Shown here: positions 9,224 through 21,600 of the stretch, one piece after another
How the letters are laid out: each line of letters starts with the position of its first letter
Position numbering within the stretch: the stretch's first letter is position 1
DNA from: Gonapodya sp. JEL0774
Taxonomy: Eukaryota
Direction: 5' to 3'
NCBI GenBank assembly: GCA_027604505.1
Contig: JADIIX010000167.1
Coordinates: 1-41,821 of the forward strand
Length of the DNA: 41,821 nucleotides
Position numbers and translations under genes: made by a program
Notes under the pieces: model-generated
The model's input: only the letters and a program-made list of their open reading frames with translations
What the model was told of the DNA's origin: nothing
The model's database searches: none

Positions 9224-12200
9224 TTAGTATAGAGTCACATGGAGAGAAGGTCTGTCGCTCACCAATTCCTCTCCATCTGGGACTATGATGTGTTCCATGC
9301 CTCCAATGCTCCTGACAATCGCATTAATCTCTTCTTCAAAATCGACAGTACTTGGTAGTGTCACATTTCCACTGACTGCGAGTAATGCCAACTCCGTTGC
9401 GGGCATTATCTGAATCAGCGCCCTCTTCTTGACAAGTATCTCGAATTCTTTAGGATATCCTGGCCGAGCCAAAGGTGACTTGAACTCCACTGGGACTTCT
9501 TCAGATATAGTACTTCCGTTTCTCGATCTCGAAGCTGGCCTCACCGGCCTCACGAGTGCCCCAGAGAAACCAATCTGAGCTCGGGCATTAAGTGTTATTT
9601 TTGGAGGTCCCCCAAAGGATGCGTTAGGTCTGAAGAAAATCTCCGGAGTTTTGAGCACGTGGTACCCCAGACGGTCAAGCGGTGATTCCAAGTGGTTGAG
9701 CAACCCGAGCTTCGCAATGGGGCGGTAGACTTCTTGTGCCAGAGCATAGACACTGATATAAATATAAAGTGTGCTACCAAATCAACTCATTCTGGATCAG
9801 AGAATTGAGAGGATAACTCACCCCTCCATCTTTCCCACCACTGCATACACCTCAGGTGCAACCAAAAAAGTTTTGAACCCTGATTTTCCCGTCGTTTTTT
9901 TGTCTTCGACCACGGCGATCTTCCCAGCTGCGATCGGGAAAACATTGGGCTTGCATTCGATACCCTCCCGTTGAATTTCGGCCCATGCTCGGTCGATCGC
10001 CAAGTCGGTGAGGTATGGAAAAACACGTCGTAAGGCTGTACGGAAGCGGGGACCAAACTGCCGTGTGCCCTGTTAGCAAAGAAAGCGGTGGTTAATATCC
10101 CCCGAGTCAGTATGGAATCCCACATTTGATGTCTCTCCAAAAACGAACCTCTCTTATGATATCCTTCTCCATTCCCGTGACTTCTCTCACTGGCCTCAAG
10201 TACCAATCCCGTATAAGATTTGCAGAAGCTTTACGGGCGACTGAGTTCTTGAATTTGATCTCGAGTTGACGAGCGCTCTTGGTAGGCAAATAGTGTGCCC
10301 GAGCATCCGGCATCCGATTAGAGCCAAAATTTAGTAGAGCTTGTGCCAAAAGTTCCTCTTGTTCGGGGATGAACTTGTTGCGCGAACTAGTCGCAGGCTT
10401 CATGGACAACCCTGTATGGTGCGAAAGAGTGTGATGGGTTTGCCAAAAGCAAACTCAAATTCTGTGGCATCATACGTTTTGACGAATCCGCGCTATTCTC
10501 CGACTTGTCGAAGTTCCAATCGTCTCGGAGGACAGATTCCGGATCCACTTGGAAAGTGTCCGGGCCATACATCTCGACGCCCCATTTTCTGTCCGCTTTC
10601 ATTTCGTTCCATCTGTCCTCCCACCATCCTTTCGTATCTTCTCCCAGCTCAGCTGGATGCTCCATTCCATTGCGAACGATTCGCACGCACTCAGCAGCTT
10701 GTGTGCGGAGAAGCGACAGTTGAGAGGTGGAGAAAATTGCGCTGGGACCATATATCGTCCAGTCTGGTGCGGCAGAGACACTCAACGGGTCTGTAGGGGC
10801 GGTGATGGGACCGGTGGATTCTTCGAGCAAATTGTTGAGCTCAGTAGCTGTTGTATCGTTGAGAGGTGTAGAGTGTCAAGGTGTGGAGCGCTGACAGTAT
10901 TTGTCCTGCCTGGATTGTGGTGAACTCACCTGTTATACCGGGAAGTCCCACCATCCAGTCTTCTGGCTCATCTTCGTGCACACCTTTCTTCGGCTTGTAC
11001 TCTCCTCCATCATCCCCTGCCTCGCCTAAAAGGTCCAAGGGGTCAATTGATGGGATCACAGATCCTCCAGGTGTCTCAGCGGAACTAGAAGTCTCCGCTG
11101 ACGCTCCTTTCCCCGTCAACGAGTTCACAAACATCAAATAGCGAAGATAATCGACGTCAATCCTTCCCTCTTCACCCTTCTCTTCCACAGCACCATCGCC
11201 TAATGCCCCCAATACGGCAACAGGGAGAGCGCGATCAAGTCGGTCTATAGAAAGTCGGCGAAGGTCAAGATGTTGACGGGTGCGGAGATGAATCGGAGCG
11301 TTGTTGTTAAGCAGCTAGTGATGATTCAAAAGAATGGACATCCGTGAATGGGGCGTTAATCCTCAACTTGAGCCAACATCAAGATTGAAGCTCACCTCAT
11401 CCAGCTCGCTGGGCAGCACTGCCGCGGCAGCGGTATGGCCGGCTTCCGCAATAAGAGCTGCGAGCTCAGCTTCAAGTGACCTGGAGCGGAAGGTCAAGTG
11501 CAATCACAGTGTCAAGAGTATCGTCCTGTTTCATCATCTTACTCACATTTCATTTCCGTCGCCATCACCATACTCTTCCCCGTCACCGTCTTCCATTCCA
11601 TCGTCACCGCCCTCGTCACCATCTGATTCGTCAACTTGCTCCACTCCATCCGACATTCCATCACCGTCAGGACCCCACTCAGGGTCACTTGACCCTGGTT
11701 CTGGATTGATGTCGGGTTGCACTGAATTCCCACGCTGCAGTTTGTTTCTGGAAACCGACGCATCCTCAACGTCAAACTCTGCCTCTGCCTCCGGGGATGC
11801 AACAAACGCTTGGAGCAGTGAACCCCCTGGCGTAGCCGAGCGACGGGCCCCCTTCCGGGTCTGAGATCTAAGTCGATTCGTCTGGGTATCTGCCACCGTC
11901 TTCTGCTTCAACTGCTTCCGTTTCTGTACTGGACTTGCAGCTAATGTGCCCGCTGCAGCCATCAGAACTCCATCGAGTGGCTTCGCCCGTCGTCGCTTAC
12001 TGGCCATCTCGTCAATTTCAATATCGTCTGCCAAATTATCGCTGATTTGCGTCCCAGATTTGCCTATTGGCGAAGTGAGGCCCAACTCCGTCACAAGCTC
12101 GTGGAGTGCTCGTCCAGGTCGAGCAGGACTGACACCCTCAAAGGCAGGAATAGGTTCAGAGAGAAGTGAAAGGAGAGAGTCATTGTCGTAAAAAGTGAAG

Positions 12201-13405
12201 TCCACCACCGGGTCCTGCGAGGGAGCGGATTGGTCTATTGCGATACTGGATGAGCATGCAGCGGGAGAGCTAACCGGCAGGCTCGGAGCGCTGGCGAGCA
12301 CGGAAGTAGAAGTGAACATGGATTGCTTCCGCTTGCATGGTTTTTTTAGTGGCGGTCCCGGATCACAGATTGCCTCTGCCATGAACGGATTAGGGGAAGG
12401 TTGAAGCGAAGAGCCCCGTGAACGCTTGCGCGGGGATCGCCGAAGAGGTCGTGGTTGTTCGGAAGCAGGGTCCGTTTTCATTGTGGGTGGGGGGATACTA
12501 AGAGCAGCAGCTATGTCCAGAAGTGCGCGATCGTGGTCAGTGCTATTGTTGTTGATTGGCAAGGAGAACGCGAAAGGGTCTGAATCGAGAGAATATGCGG
12601 CCGGATGAAGTTGGCTGAGACCTGAATCCTCAGCAGAAGATTCAAAAACAGTGTCCTCCGAAGAGGGTGTAAGAAGGGAAGGGAACGACCGGATCGAAAA
12701 AGAAGGAGGACGTGCTGGAGACGAGCGGAGGAGGCGAGGTGAGCGGCGGGGAGGCGAAGGTGAGATGAGATTTATGGGTGCGGGCGGGTTGGAGGCCCCA
12801 CTAGAGGTGGTATTGCTGCGAGCAGACTTTGCAAAAGAGCGGTCTCGCTTAGTGGGTGTCACAGGAGGCACCACGCGAGCCGGTTTCGAGCCAGATTCAA
12901 GCTGAAAGCTGGGTACGTTGAGTGACTTCACGGCGAGTCTCTCTCGGGATCCACAGTTTTGACGAAGGGGTGATTGCGGGACTGTTGATGGAAGTGCTTT
13001 CCGTTTGCTCTTGGTCGTCGAGGACTCGGACTTGACGCTAACAACAGAGTTTGGTGGACTAAAGCTTGCTGGCTTAGTCGCCTGAAGAGAGTTGAGGGAA
13101 GCCCAACGCTTTTGGCAATCTTCGAACGAGCGTCCAGACAGCTGCTGCGATACTAGTAACCAGCTCTGAGGTCCATGCTGATTCACAGCAGCCCGCAGTA
13201 GAGCGTCTTCGAGAAATGACCACGATGAAGCGCGGGAGAAACGACGTTTCTGGGGTTCAGGCTTGAGTTCTGATGGGGTAAGGCACACGAGAAAGCTGTT
13301 GGCGTCTATAGACACCCCGTTCGCTGATAAATCATAGAGGTCGAGGTAGATTATGACATGGTGAAAGGGGATCGAGACGGGAAACGGGTGTGGACGGTGG
13401 AGCAT
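9224..13405 (-). CDS. GON4L/YY1AP1/DUO3-like Myb/SANT nuclear protein (~1246 aa, 7 exons)
   Basis: Exons 13405-11547, 11480-11396, 11314-10930, 10847-10476, 10411-10149, 10069-9822, 9752-9224. N-terminal Myb repeat WSFLEDALLRAAVNQHGPQSWLLVSQQLSGRSFEDCQKRW. Family-like motifs APIHLRTRQHLDL, YLMFVNSL...DDGGEY, FSTSQLSLLRTQ and KFIPEQEELLAQALLNFG...YLPTKSARQLEIKFKN...ANLIRDWY. 5' end uncertain. Confidence 0.75.
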
Positions 13406-13916
13406 CGGCGAGAGTGAGGGTTGGATTCAACAAGAGACGCAATTACCGGCGATACCAACTCGTTTCATTCCGCAAGCGCCGAGACATAAACCGATTCTCC
13501 TCAAAGTTCCGTGATCCGAACGGTGCAAGTGCAAGCTGTGTTCATATGAAGCGAGAATGAGGGTGGACTCAATTCTGTGGAGCCGCGCAAAGGGCAACTG
13601 GGCCGCCCAAAACCAACTATAATTATATGCATTTTCTTCAGCTATTAATTTGAATCGTGAACGGTTTTGTTAAGGTTTTGCAAAATCAAGGGAAACCCGG
13701 GAGTGAGATGGCATCCATTCCTCTTTCGCCACGTGCATCAGAGCCCCCGAAGTCGTAAGGGAACGGCCCTGGGAAACAGGGATAATTCAATGAATCTGCC
13801 TTGATCTAGGAATGAGAAGAACGGAACACCTGTTTGGGCAGTGCAAATACCAGGCCAGAGCACCCTCAAAGCGTTGTTCACACAATCGTTTCATCGTCGC
13901 CGACTGAAACCTACTG
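13406..13916. promoter_or_regulatory. Putative bidirectional promoter region
   Basis: ~510 bp between two divergent genes, with an AT-rich core (CTATAATTATATGC near 13617). Inferred from gene arrangement only. Confidence 0.4.
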
Positions 13917-16270
13917 ATGGCCGCTCTGCGCTTATGTGATTGTGGCGAGACTGCCGCCCATCGAGCGTCGTCGACAGATGCGAATCAGGGCCGTTGGTTC
14001 TGGGGTTGCCACGTCAATCCCAAGCAGTGCGATTTCTTTGCATGGGATGATGAGACGCCAAGAAGGCAACCGGGTGCAAGCACTGGAAGAGGCGGCAGCG
14101 GAGGAAGTTGGCGAGGGCGGGGACGGGGCCGAGGAAACGGAACCGCCGGGATTCCCCCTTCACCATCACCGCAATTGCCACCACCACCCTACACGCCACT
14201 ACCAAATCACGATGACGTCTCGGCTCCTACTGCTGTCTCTCATGTGCTGTACCCTGCGAGCCCCTCTCCTCGTCGATCCCAAACCAGCGCCGTGGCCGAC
14301 CTGCATCCTGGACCAAGTGCAGTGCCACCCCCGCCTGGAAATCGGGTGTCTTTCGAAATTTTTGATGGTTCCAATGCCACTGTCGGGTACCGGTATTCTG
14401 CGGAGTTCAAAGATTGGACGAAAGACAACTTCAAAGGCATGAGGTGGAATCAAGAGAGAAAGAAATGGTTTCTGCCATTCGAAAAGTGTAAGAGTGCTAT
14501 AGATACATTGAAAGCTCGTGAGTGTACTGCTCAGTGCCTCGTTATTTGCTGTCTCGGGTATCCTTGATTGTCTCAAGTCCCCCGTCCAACATAGAGTTTC
14601 CTTCTGTCACGGTGGACGTCACTCCTGACTTGGAGTCCATCCTCTCCGTAAGATTTTATTTTACTTTTTTGCTGCAGATTGCTCCCGGCTTTATCTCACC
14701 CCCGAACATTAACTCCCTCCCAGCGCACCCATTCCACTGCTACGTCACCGATGAGCATTGGTAGCCCCTCCAGGTGAGCTGATGTACTGATTTTTCAAAT
14801 TTTGGTGGGGATGTGGCGATGGAGTCTTGGACGATTGCGTTGTGTTGGTGATCCCTATCGCAAGGCGGTCTCTGTCTGGATTGAATTTATGGGTCCAAAA
14901 TAATACACTGCTGACTACTATTTGGTTCTGCCCTTAAGCTCACGCGCGCCTGCTGCCCCATCGGTGGCTCAGGCCACCCACGCATCCTCCCCACTTTCTA
15001 ATCAAAGCTGGCTTCCTGTAGGCGCTCATCAACAAGCCGCGACACAAGCTCCTCCCGCCACACCTCCGCCAGCGCGTCCCTCCTTTTTGACGAATGTCGC
15101 GACCCCCATCGCGTCATCGTCAAACATCCCCACCACTACCATAAACTTCCTCCCACATCCTAATGATCCGAGCCGCCTACAAGCTCTATTCCCCGGAGAT
15201 CCTATACTGACATCGTATTTCTCATCATTGGGTCCTCTCACATCCTGGGATCCTTCCTTGTTGGCTTGGACTCTGTTGCGCACCTCTTATGGCAGAGTCG
15301 CAGTGGGAGTGGTCGCTGCGTGCGATGAGTGGGCGCGAGAGGGTAAAAGGTACAGAGTAGACTTTCTGAATGGCATTCTGGATGTTGGGGGGACTGGGTG
15401 GGGAGACGAAGATGGAAAAGGGGATCCCGAGGAAGACACTCCCGGTGTGCGGGCAAAGCGCAAGCGACTGACATCTGCCGGGCGACCTCTCCAAACTGCT
15501 CGCCTTGGGGGTTCTGGCTCTTCCTATAGGGGCCGTACAGCGCCCTCTTCGACGTCTGACGTTTTGTCACGGAATGCCGCTCGAGTGCCTACCGCCGAAC
15601 CCAAGTACACTCGGATAGGAGTTAGGCAGGATGCAAAGGTTCGTACCAATGAAAGTGATAGTGAAGATTTTGGGGAAGATTTTGACGAAGAAATGGTGCG
15701 AGGAATCGAGGGAATTGAGAAAGCAACGGGGACGGGCTCTGACACCGATCCAGGAGACTACGCGTTCAGTATCGGCCCTTTGGTCAGTGGGCGTGTGAAC
15801 ACCAGGAGTTTAGGTAGAGGCACGGGTGGATCTCAGCCGCAAGTTTTGTCAAATCCACCATCTGTGCCGTCGAGGTCGGGAACAGGGGTACCGGTACCGA
15901 CATCGTCTCAATCCGGTGGGGACACCTCGAATCCCCCGAGCCAAGCTAGCTCGAGTGGATCCATTCTCGTAGGTGAGTCCTACGTTGAAAACGCGTCTTG
16001 TACCCTTTCATGACTCCCTCCATACCTGTAGACTCCTCTCCATTTCCGATGTGCCCCCTCTGTCATGTCAAGCCCACAAATAAACGGTTTGTGCCCTGTG
16101 GATGTGGGCTGTGTTCCGAATGCGCCTCTTGGATCAAAGTTCCCGAGAGTGAACGTAAGGCGGGAGCCCGAAGGCATGGGCAGGGTTTAGGAGGGGGGAC
16201 GAAGAAGAGATTTTGCACCGAGTGTGGGAAGGCAGTCGAACGAGTGGAGGCCATCGTGAGAAGGGTGTAA
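13917..16270 (+). CDS. GRF zinc finger + two HARP-like domains + C-terminal RING finger protein (~658 aa, 5 exons)
   Basis: Exons 13917-14517, 14595-14647, 14724-14773, 14939-15972, 16032-16270. GRF-ZF CDCGETA...NQGRWFWGC...QCDFFAWDD. HARP-like VGYRYSAEFKDWTKDNFKGMRWNQERKKWFLPFEK and ALFPGDPILTSYFSSLGPLTSWDPSLLAWTL. RING CPLC...PCGCGLCSEC...CTEC. Confidence 0.8.
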
Positions 16271-18682
16271 ATTCGACAAGGAGTTACGTGTTAAGCGGCA
16301 TTTTGTTTTGTTGTTACCATGTCAAGTATTAGTTTTCCTGCTCTTGCGAATATTTGTATTATTATCGGGTTTCATCGTTGTATATTTATAGGGATTGTAA
16401 CCTTCATTTTGACATTCATGTGTTGGATTTGTGCGTGCGCCCAATCAAAGAAAGTGGGCTAAACAGTTCCGAACTGTGACGAAAAGTTTCATATATATCG
16501 TTATCGGTTTGACGTCTTGGCGAGGCTGCGGGTGTTTAGAACGAATAATACCTGTAGATTCGCGCATACGATCTCGGAACAATACACGGTCTGCGCTGTT
16601 TGGTGTGGTGGCAAATTTTCTACTCAAGCTCCTGATGATGCCATGGTCACTTTGTTCGCGCACGCTGGGTGTACTACTTTCCTAAGTGTACCATTAGTCG
16701 GTCCTACAAAACTCAGTCCAATACCGACGTGGTGGACCATTTACATCTGGCCTGACAGAAGACGATGAATTGAAGGGATACTGATGTGCCTTTCGGCATT
16801 TGTGCGAATGTGAGAAGTTTGGCCGGCTGGTGGAACATGGGGAAAGCACGGGAACGTGCGATGGGGTTGCTTTCTGCTGCCGTACTGCCCCTGAACACCG
16901 AGGTGGTCAAGCAGTGTAAGCTACAAAGTTCCGCATTGCTTGCCATTCTGGCGTAAGCTGCAATAGCTTATTACGAATGGGGTTGACCCTGGTTCTCTAA
17001 CTATTCCAAATGGCGCGTACCCAAAGTGTGCTGAATGCTGCCGCCTGCTAAACGCCACGCTTTTGGGCCACAGGGGATGTAGACGTGAGATTAACATCTT
17101 GCAATAACTTGCTGATGGGGAGGTGTTGAGAATCATAGGGCCCAGATGCAGTAGTTTGTCAAGAATGCCCAACAAGGTAGCCCACCTTGGCATTCACCAA
17201 GAGGGCTCGATCTACTATTACCAGAGAACTGGCCCTGTGCGAGTACGCATTCAACAGGTGGCCAAAGTGCAGGACATGACCCGTGGACACGATCTCTTAA
17301 ACACACCGGTGCATGAGCCGCGCGCATGGGCTGAAGCTGCTCGAAGACAGGGCGAGAAGGAGGGAGTTGGGGATTTAGTCGAGACGAGCGCATGTTATTG
17401 GTTGGCACGTTTGGGATGATGCTGATCACTTTCCAACGTCTGTCTTAATGGATGGCACCAGGGACATCTTTTCTACAATTTAGGTGACGATGATGAACGC
17501 TACAAGAATTAGCAGCGAAGGCTTGAAGGCAAATCAACTGGAGATATCGATCTTTCCAAAGCGGGCATAATTTGTTGTCGGAGAATGCAGGTGCAGGGGA
17601 GGGGAAGCGGAAACGTGCACATATATTTTTGTATGGGGTGCGATAACCTGAGGCGCACCATTGGAGTGAGTGAGTCCAAGCTGCGCAACAAGCCCCCAAG
17701 GAGGTCTGTCAACATCACAGAAAAAAGGAGCGAATTGGCGGGAATCCATCGAAAATCGGGAAGGGCGCGGGAGGCATTCTGGATCTGAGGAAGAAAGAAG
17801 GCAAGAGAAGGGCGGGAGCGACAACGGTAAGTTTTGGGTGTGGAGCGGAGGAACAGCCGGAGCAGGCGGTCAAGAGCATGGCGGAAATCATGGCAGCCGA
17901 GAAGCAAATATAGAAACAGACAGAGGAAAAACAGTCCGATTGACGAATTTTGCTCACGGGATCGAGATAATTGGAGGATGCGTGAGTTCGATTCGGACAC
18001 GTGGTCAGCAGTGGGGCGAAGATGACCTCGAAGAAGAGAAGCTGCGCAATCACATCTACTTCCGGAAGAAATCGTGAGATTAATGAAGTGATGGACAATT
18101 CGAGGGTTCGGGTCAATGCGCAATGGTACTCGAAAAGAAGTACAGACGGAGTGGGAACTTGAGCTGCTCACCGAACGATAAACCTATCCTCACACGTAAT
18201 GCATTTATTGTGGAGCAAGTCTTGGCATTTCGGACTCTTCCGGGCCATTGGGATCAATCGGCACACTCAATGTCGGGTGAATTCAACCTACCGCCCTCTA
18301 TCTGGTACTGGCGTGAGATTTCCAGTTTCGAAAATGCGAATATGACCGCTGTGCAGTCAGGACATATGCACATGCCAAAATCTAGCCGGAGGAAGGAACG
18401 ACAGTCAACAGAAGCACATACATAAAAAAGGCGACATTTCAATGTGGAGCAGGGCGGTCCCTGCTTCTAACAGGAACTGCCGCTAAATGTGTTCTGCATT
18501 GAGATTGCCGTTAGCAGGAGTCGAGTTGTTGAATGAGATAGGCAAAATTGAAGAGGGGGGACCCCATCAGTCAATCGGGAACCAGGAGCTGAGGAAACCC
18601 CTGAACCTGAAACACGTCTTGCCTCTGCTAACTCTGTCACAACTTTCTTTCGATCATGCTCATGTGCTATCTTTTAGACCCC

Positions 18683-21600
18683 ATGCCTTCCCCGTCGTCT
18701 TCGTCGTCGACCCATTTATCACTGCTTGCACCTACACCTTCGACGTCGTCGACCCCTTCCATATCTTCGGCATCTACCCCTTCAAATCCCTCTCCAGCGC
18801 TTGGGCAGCGCTACCAGGCCATCCCCGTATCTTTTCTTCCCCCGTCTATCACGCAACACCTCCAACCTTCCTTATCGAATCACTTGACCACAGCGAACTC
18901 CTTGTCATACGCGTCCCAATTTCTAAAGACGGGGAGAATCAACGTGAATCTCACACCCGTGACTCTGCCGACAACGACAACTTTGGTGTCCGATCCCCAC
19001 TCGACAACACCACCTAAGCCACCGGAGACTGGGGACTCAAGTGCCCGAATACCACTTTCTCTTGTCGAGAACAGTGGTCATACTGCACCAGCGGAAGGTA
19101 CGGACATGCCAGGTGCATCAAGCTCGATGGGGGATGGCGTGGTATTGGGAGTGTCAGCAAGTACTCCCTCTCAGCCACTTGGCTCTGTAGCCGCCAGTCA
19201 TGCGCCCTCAACACCTATCACTACCACCGCCAATGCTACGAATTCTCTCTTCCCTCATCCCTACTTTCACTACCCCACACACCCGTTTCCTATTCCCCCT
19301 TACCCTGCCCTTCCAGTTCCAGTCCCTCCTTCAACTCATCACCCTCCATCTGACCCGACTGCCTTGTTTCATGCCCATCTCGCCGCTGCTCTTGGAAGGC
19401 CTTTCACCCGGCCAGTTGGAGTGAATAACTCACAATCGCGAAGAGGTGTCAAACGTGGGGGAGGTACTCGAGAGTCTCGTAGCATCGCTGAGTCAAGCGG
19501 CGTTCCAGGGTCCGCCGGATCGTCCTCCATTTCACATCCTGCACCACCTCGAGGACCATCGTCCGCCTCTCGGCGATCGAAATCCATATCCGCGTCTGCT
19601 GCCTCTGCGCCAGATCTTGCTCGAGCGGCTGGATTGGGTTTCCCGTCACCCCGTCCTCCCCCGTCGTCGAGCCGCCGTGCACCCACACCACCTGACAGTG
19701 CTGCTGTGGCTGCCATTGCTGCGCAGCTCAGCCTGCACATGCCGTCGCCTCCACCGACTTCCTCACGTGTGCAGCATCAATTTCCGGGTGGTTGGAAGGC
19801 AGCGCTGGCGGCTGGGGGTGCTATGAGTGTGCCCGCCGGGGCGCCAACAGTGCCTGCAAGATCAGTCTTTGGTTCAACAGGACCATCCCCTGGTGCACTG
19901 ACCGGTCTTCCTCGCCGACGGTCCGCCAGATCCAGACGAGTGAGCGGAGAGGCGGGTATTGCAGCATCTGCCCCAGACTCCGTTTCGGACGAGGATGGCG
20001 AGAGAGAGTACGGGACAGGCGATGCGGTTGGTGGTGTAGATGGTGACAATGATGGGGAATATGTTTTTATGGGTCGTGGAAATCGCGGAGGTACCGGACG
20101 TGGCAGAGGGCGGCCCCGAGGACGGCCACGGTCCACACCTAGCGCTCTGCAACCGAGGGACAGAGTTAATGTGGGCGCGATTTTTTGGGGTCAGAGTGTG
20201 GAAGCGAGAGAGAGCAGACCGGATCGAACCCAAAACAATGCTCGAGGACCAGGCCGATCGCGACATATTTCTCCCGAAGTTGTTCCATCTGCATCGGAAG
20301 ACGGGGAAGAAGTCGATGAGTTGGCGGATGCTTTTGCTGATGAAGTGCAGAGAGTTGCGAATAATGTCGCTGCACCTGTCGCAGAGAACGAATCCACACA
20401 GACTGTGAAGCCAAATTCCGAGGCCCTGGCTTCGGAGGCTGCGTCGTCACTACAGCCAGAACCGCAATCAGCAACCAAGCCAATGGCACTGAAGACGTCT
20501 TCAGCGGCGACCAACGCAGCTGCTCCTCTGGCATCATCGTCACACGCTCCTAATCCGACCACCACGACGACAATCGCGACCGCTCGGGCTGCCCGCCTCG
20601 CTGCACGAAGACGTGCCTCGGCTGTATCCGGCGCATTCTCTAATTCCAACTCTTTCTCGTCCTTTCACTTCCCCGCCGGTTCCGATTCTGGTTTGGAAGG
20701 GTCAGACGATGACGGCACCCTTGGGGATAAAGACAAGGCAACGGTGGAGTTAAGCAATTTGGCGGATGAGGAAATGGAAAAAGCCGCCGGGGATGGAGGT
20801 GGCAGAGGCGTGCATGGGATAGTGAGGGAGGAAATGCGAGAGGTTGGAGGAGCAGGGGGGAGGTTAAGAGGTGAGTAATTGTGTCTTTGGATCACTTCTG
20901 TTGAGGGTAATGGATTTCGTTCGGATTCTGATCCTTCCTCTGGTGCACTTCACTCCCTTCCAAACTTCACACGAACAGCCTCCAAGCGCCGTCTTGTACC
21001 TCGACGAAGGGCCATACTTGCAGCGATTGATTCTTCTTCGGCTAGGGAGCCGGTGCCTCATTCCGTCCCATCCGTGGCAGTGGTGGATGAGGCAGTATCG
21101 GGAATTGCAACTCTTAACAATGAATGTGAATTAAGCACAAGCAGTGCGCTTTTTGTGGAGAGCAGGCCGTTCACGCCAGTGCAAGATGACGAAGGGTTTC
21201 CATCGCGGCCGCGGTCGCCCTTGTCTCCTCCATCGCCCAGCTACATCCATGTAGAACCCATGTCACCACTCCCAAACGTTGAATCACAATCTTCGCCACA
21301 GTCTCAATCGCCTCCCCTTCCTCCTGCCGCTGCTTCACTCGCTGTATTTCAGGAAATAGCTCACATGCAACAACCTAGTCTTTGGGACATTGCGACTGAC
21401 CTTGCACCTCCACCACCCGTCCGTCCCCGCCCACCATCGCCTGCGTCTGCGAAGCGACATAAGGTGGCGCTACGGGCCGCGAAGTTTGTTGGTGCACTTC
21501 CGGATGAAGTTGGGTCTGTTCCTCCTGGGTGGGGACCAGAGCTCGAGGAAGGAGGAATGGAACGAGCGGGCGTTGTGGTTGATACCATTTCCGAGCCCTG

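Noticed and set aside
16431..18500. Many short ORFs and a stop-riddled coiled-coil-like stretch near 17750-18150 (+)
   Set aside because: No domain motif and no phase-consistent gene model could be built.
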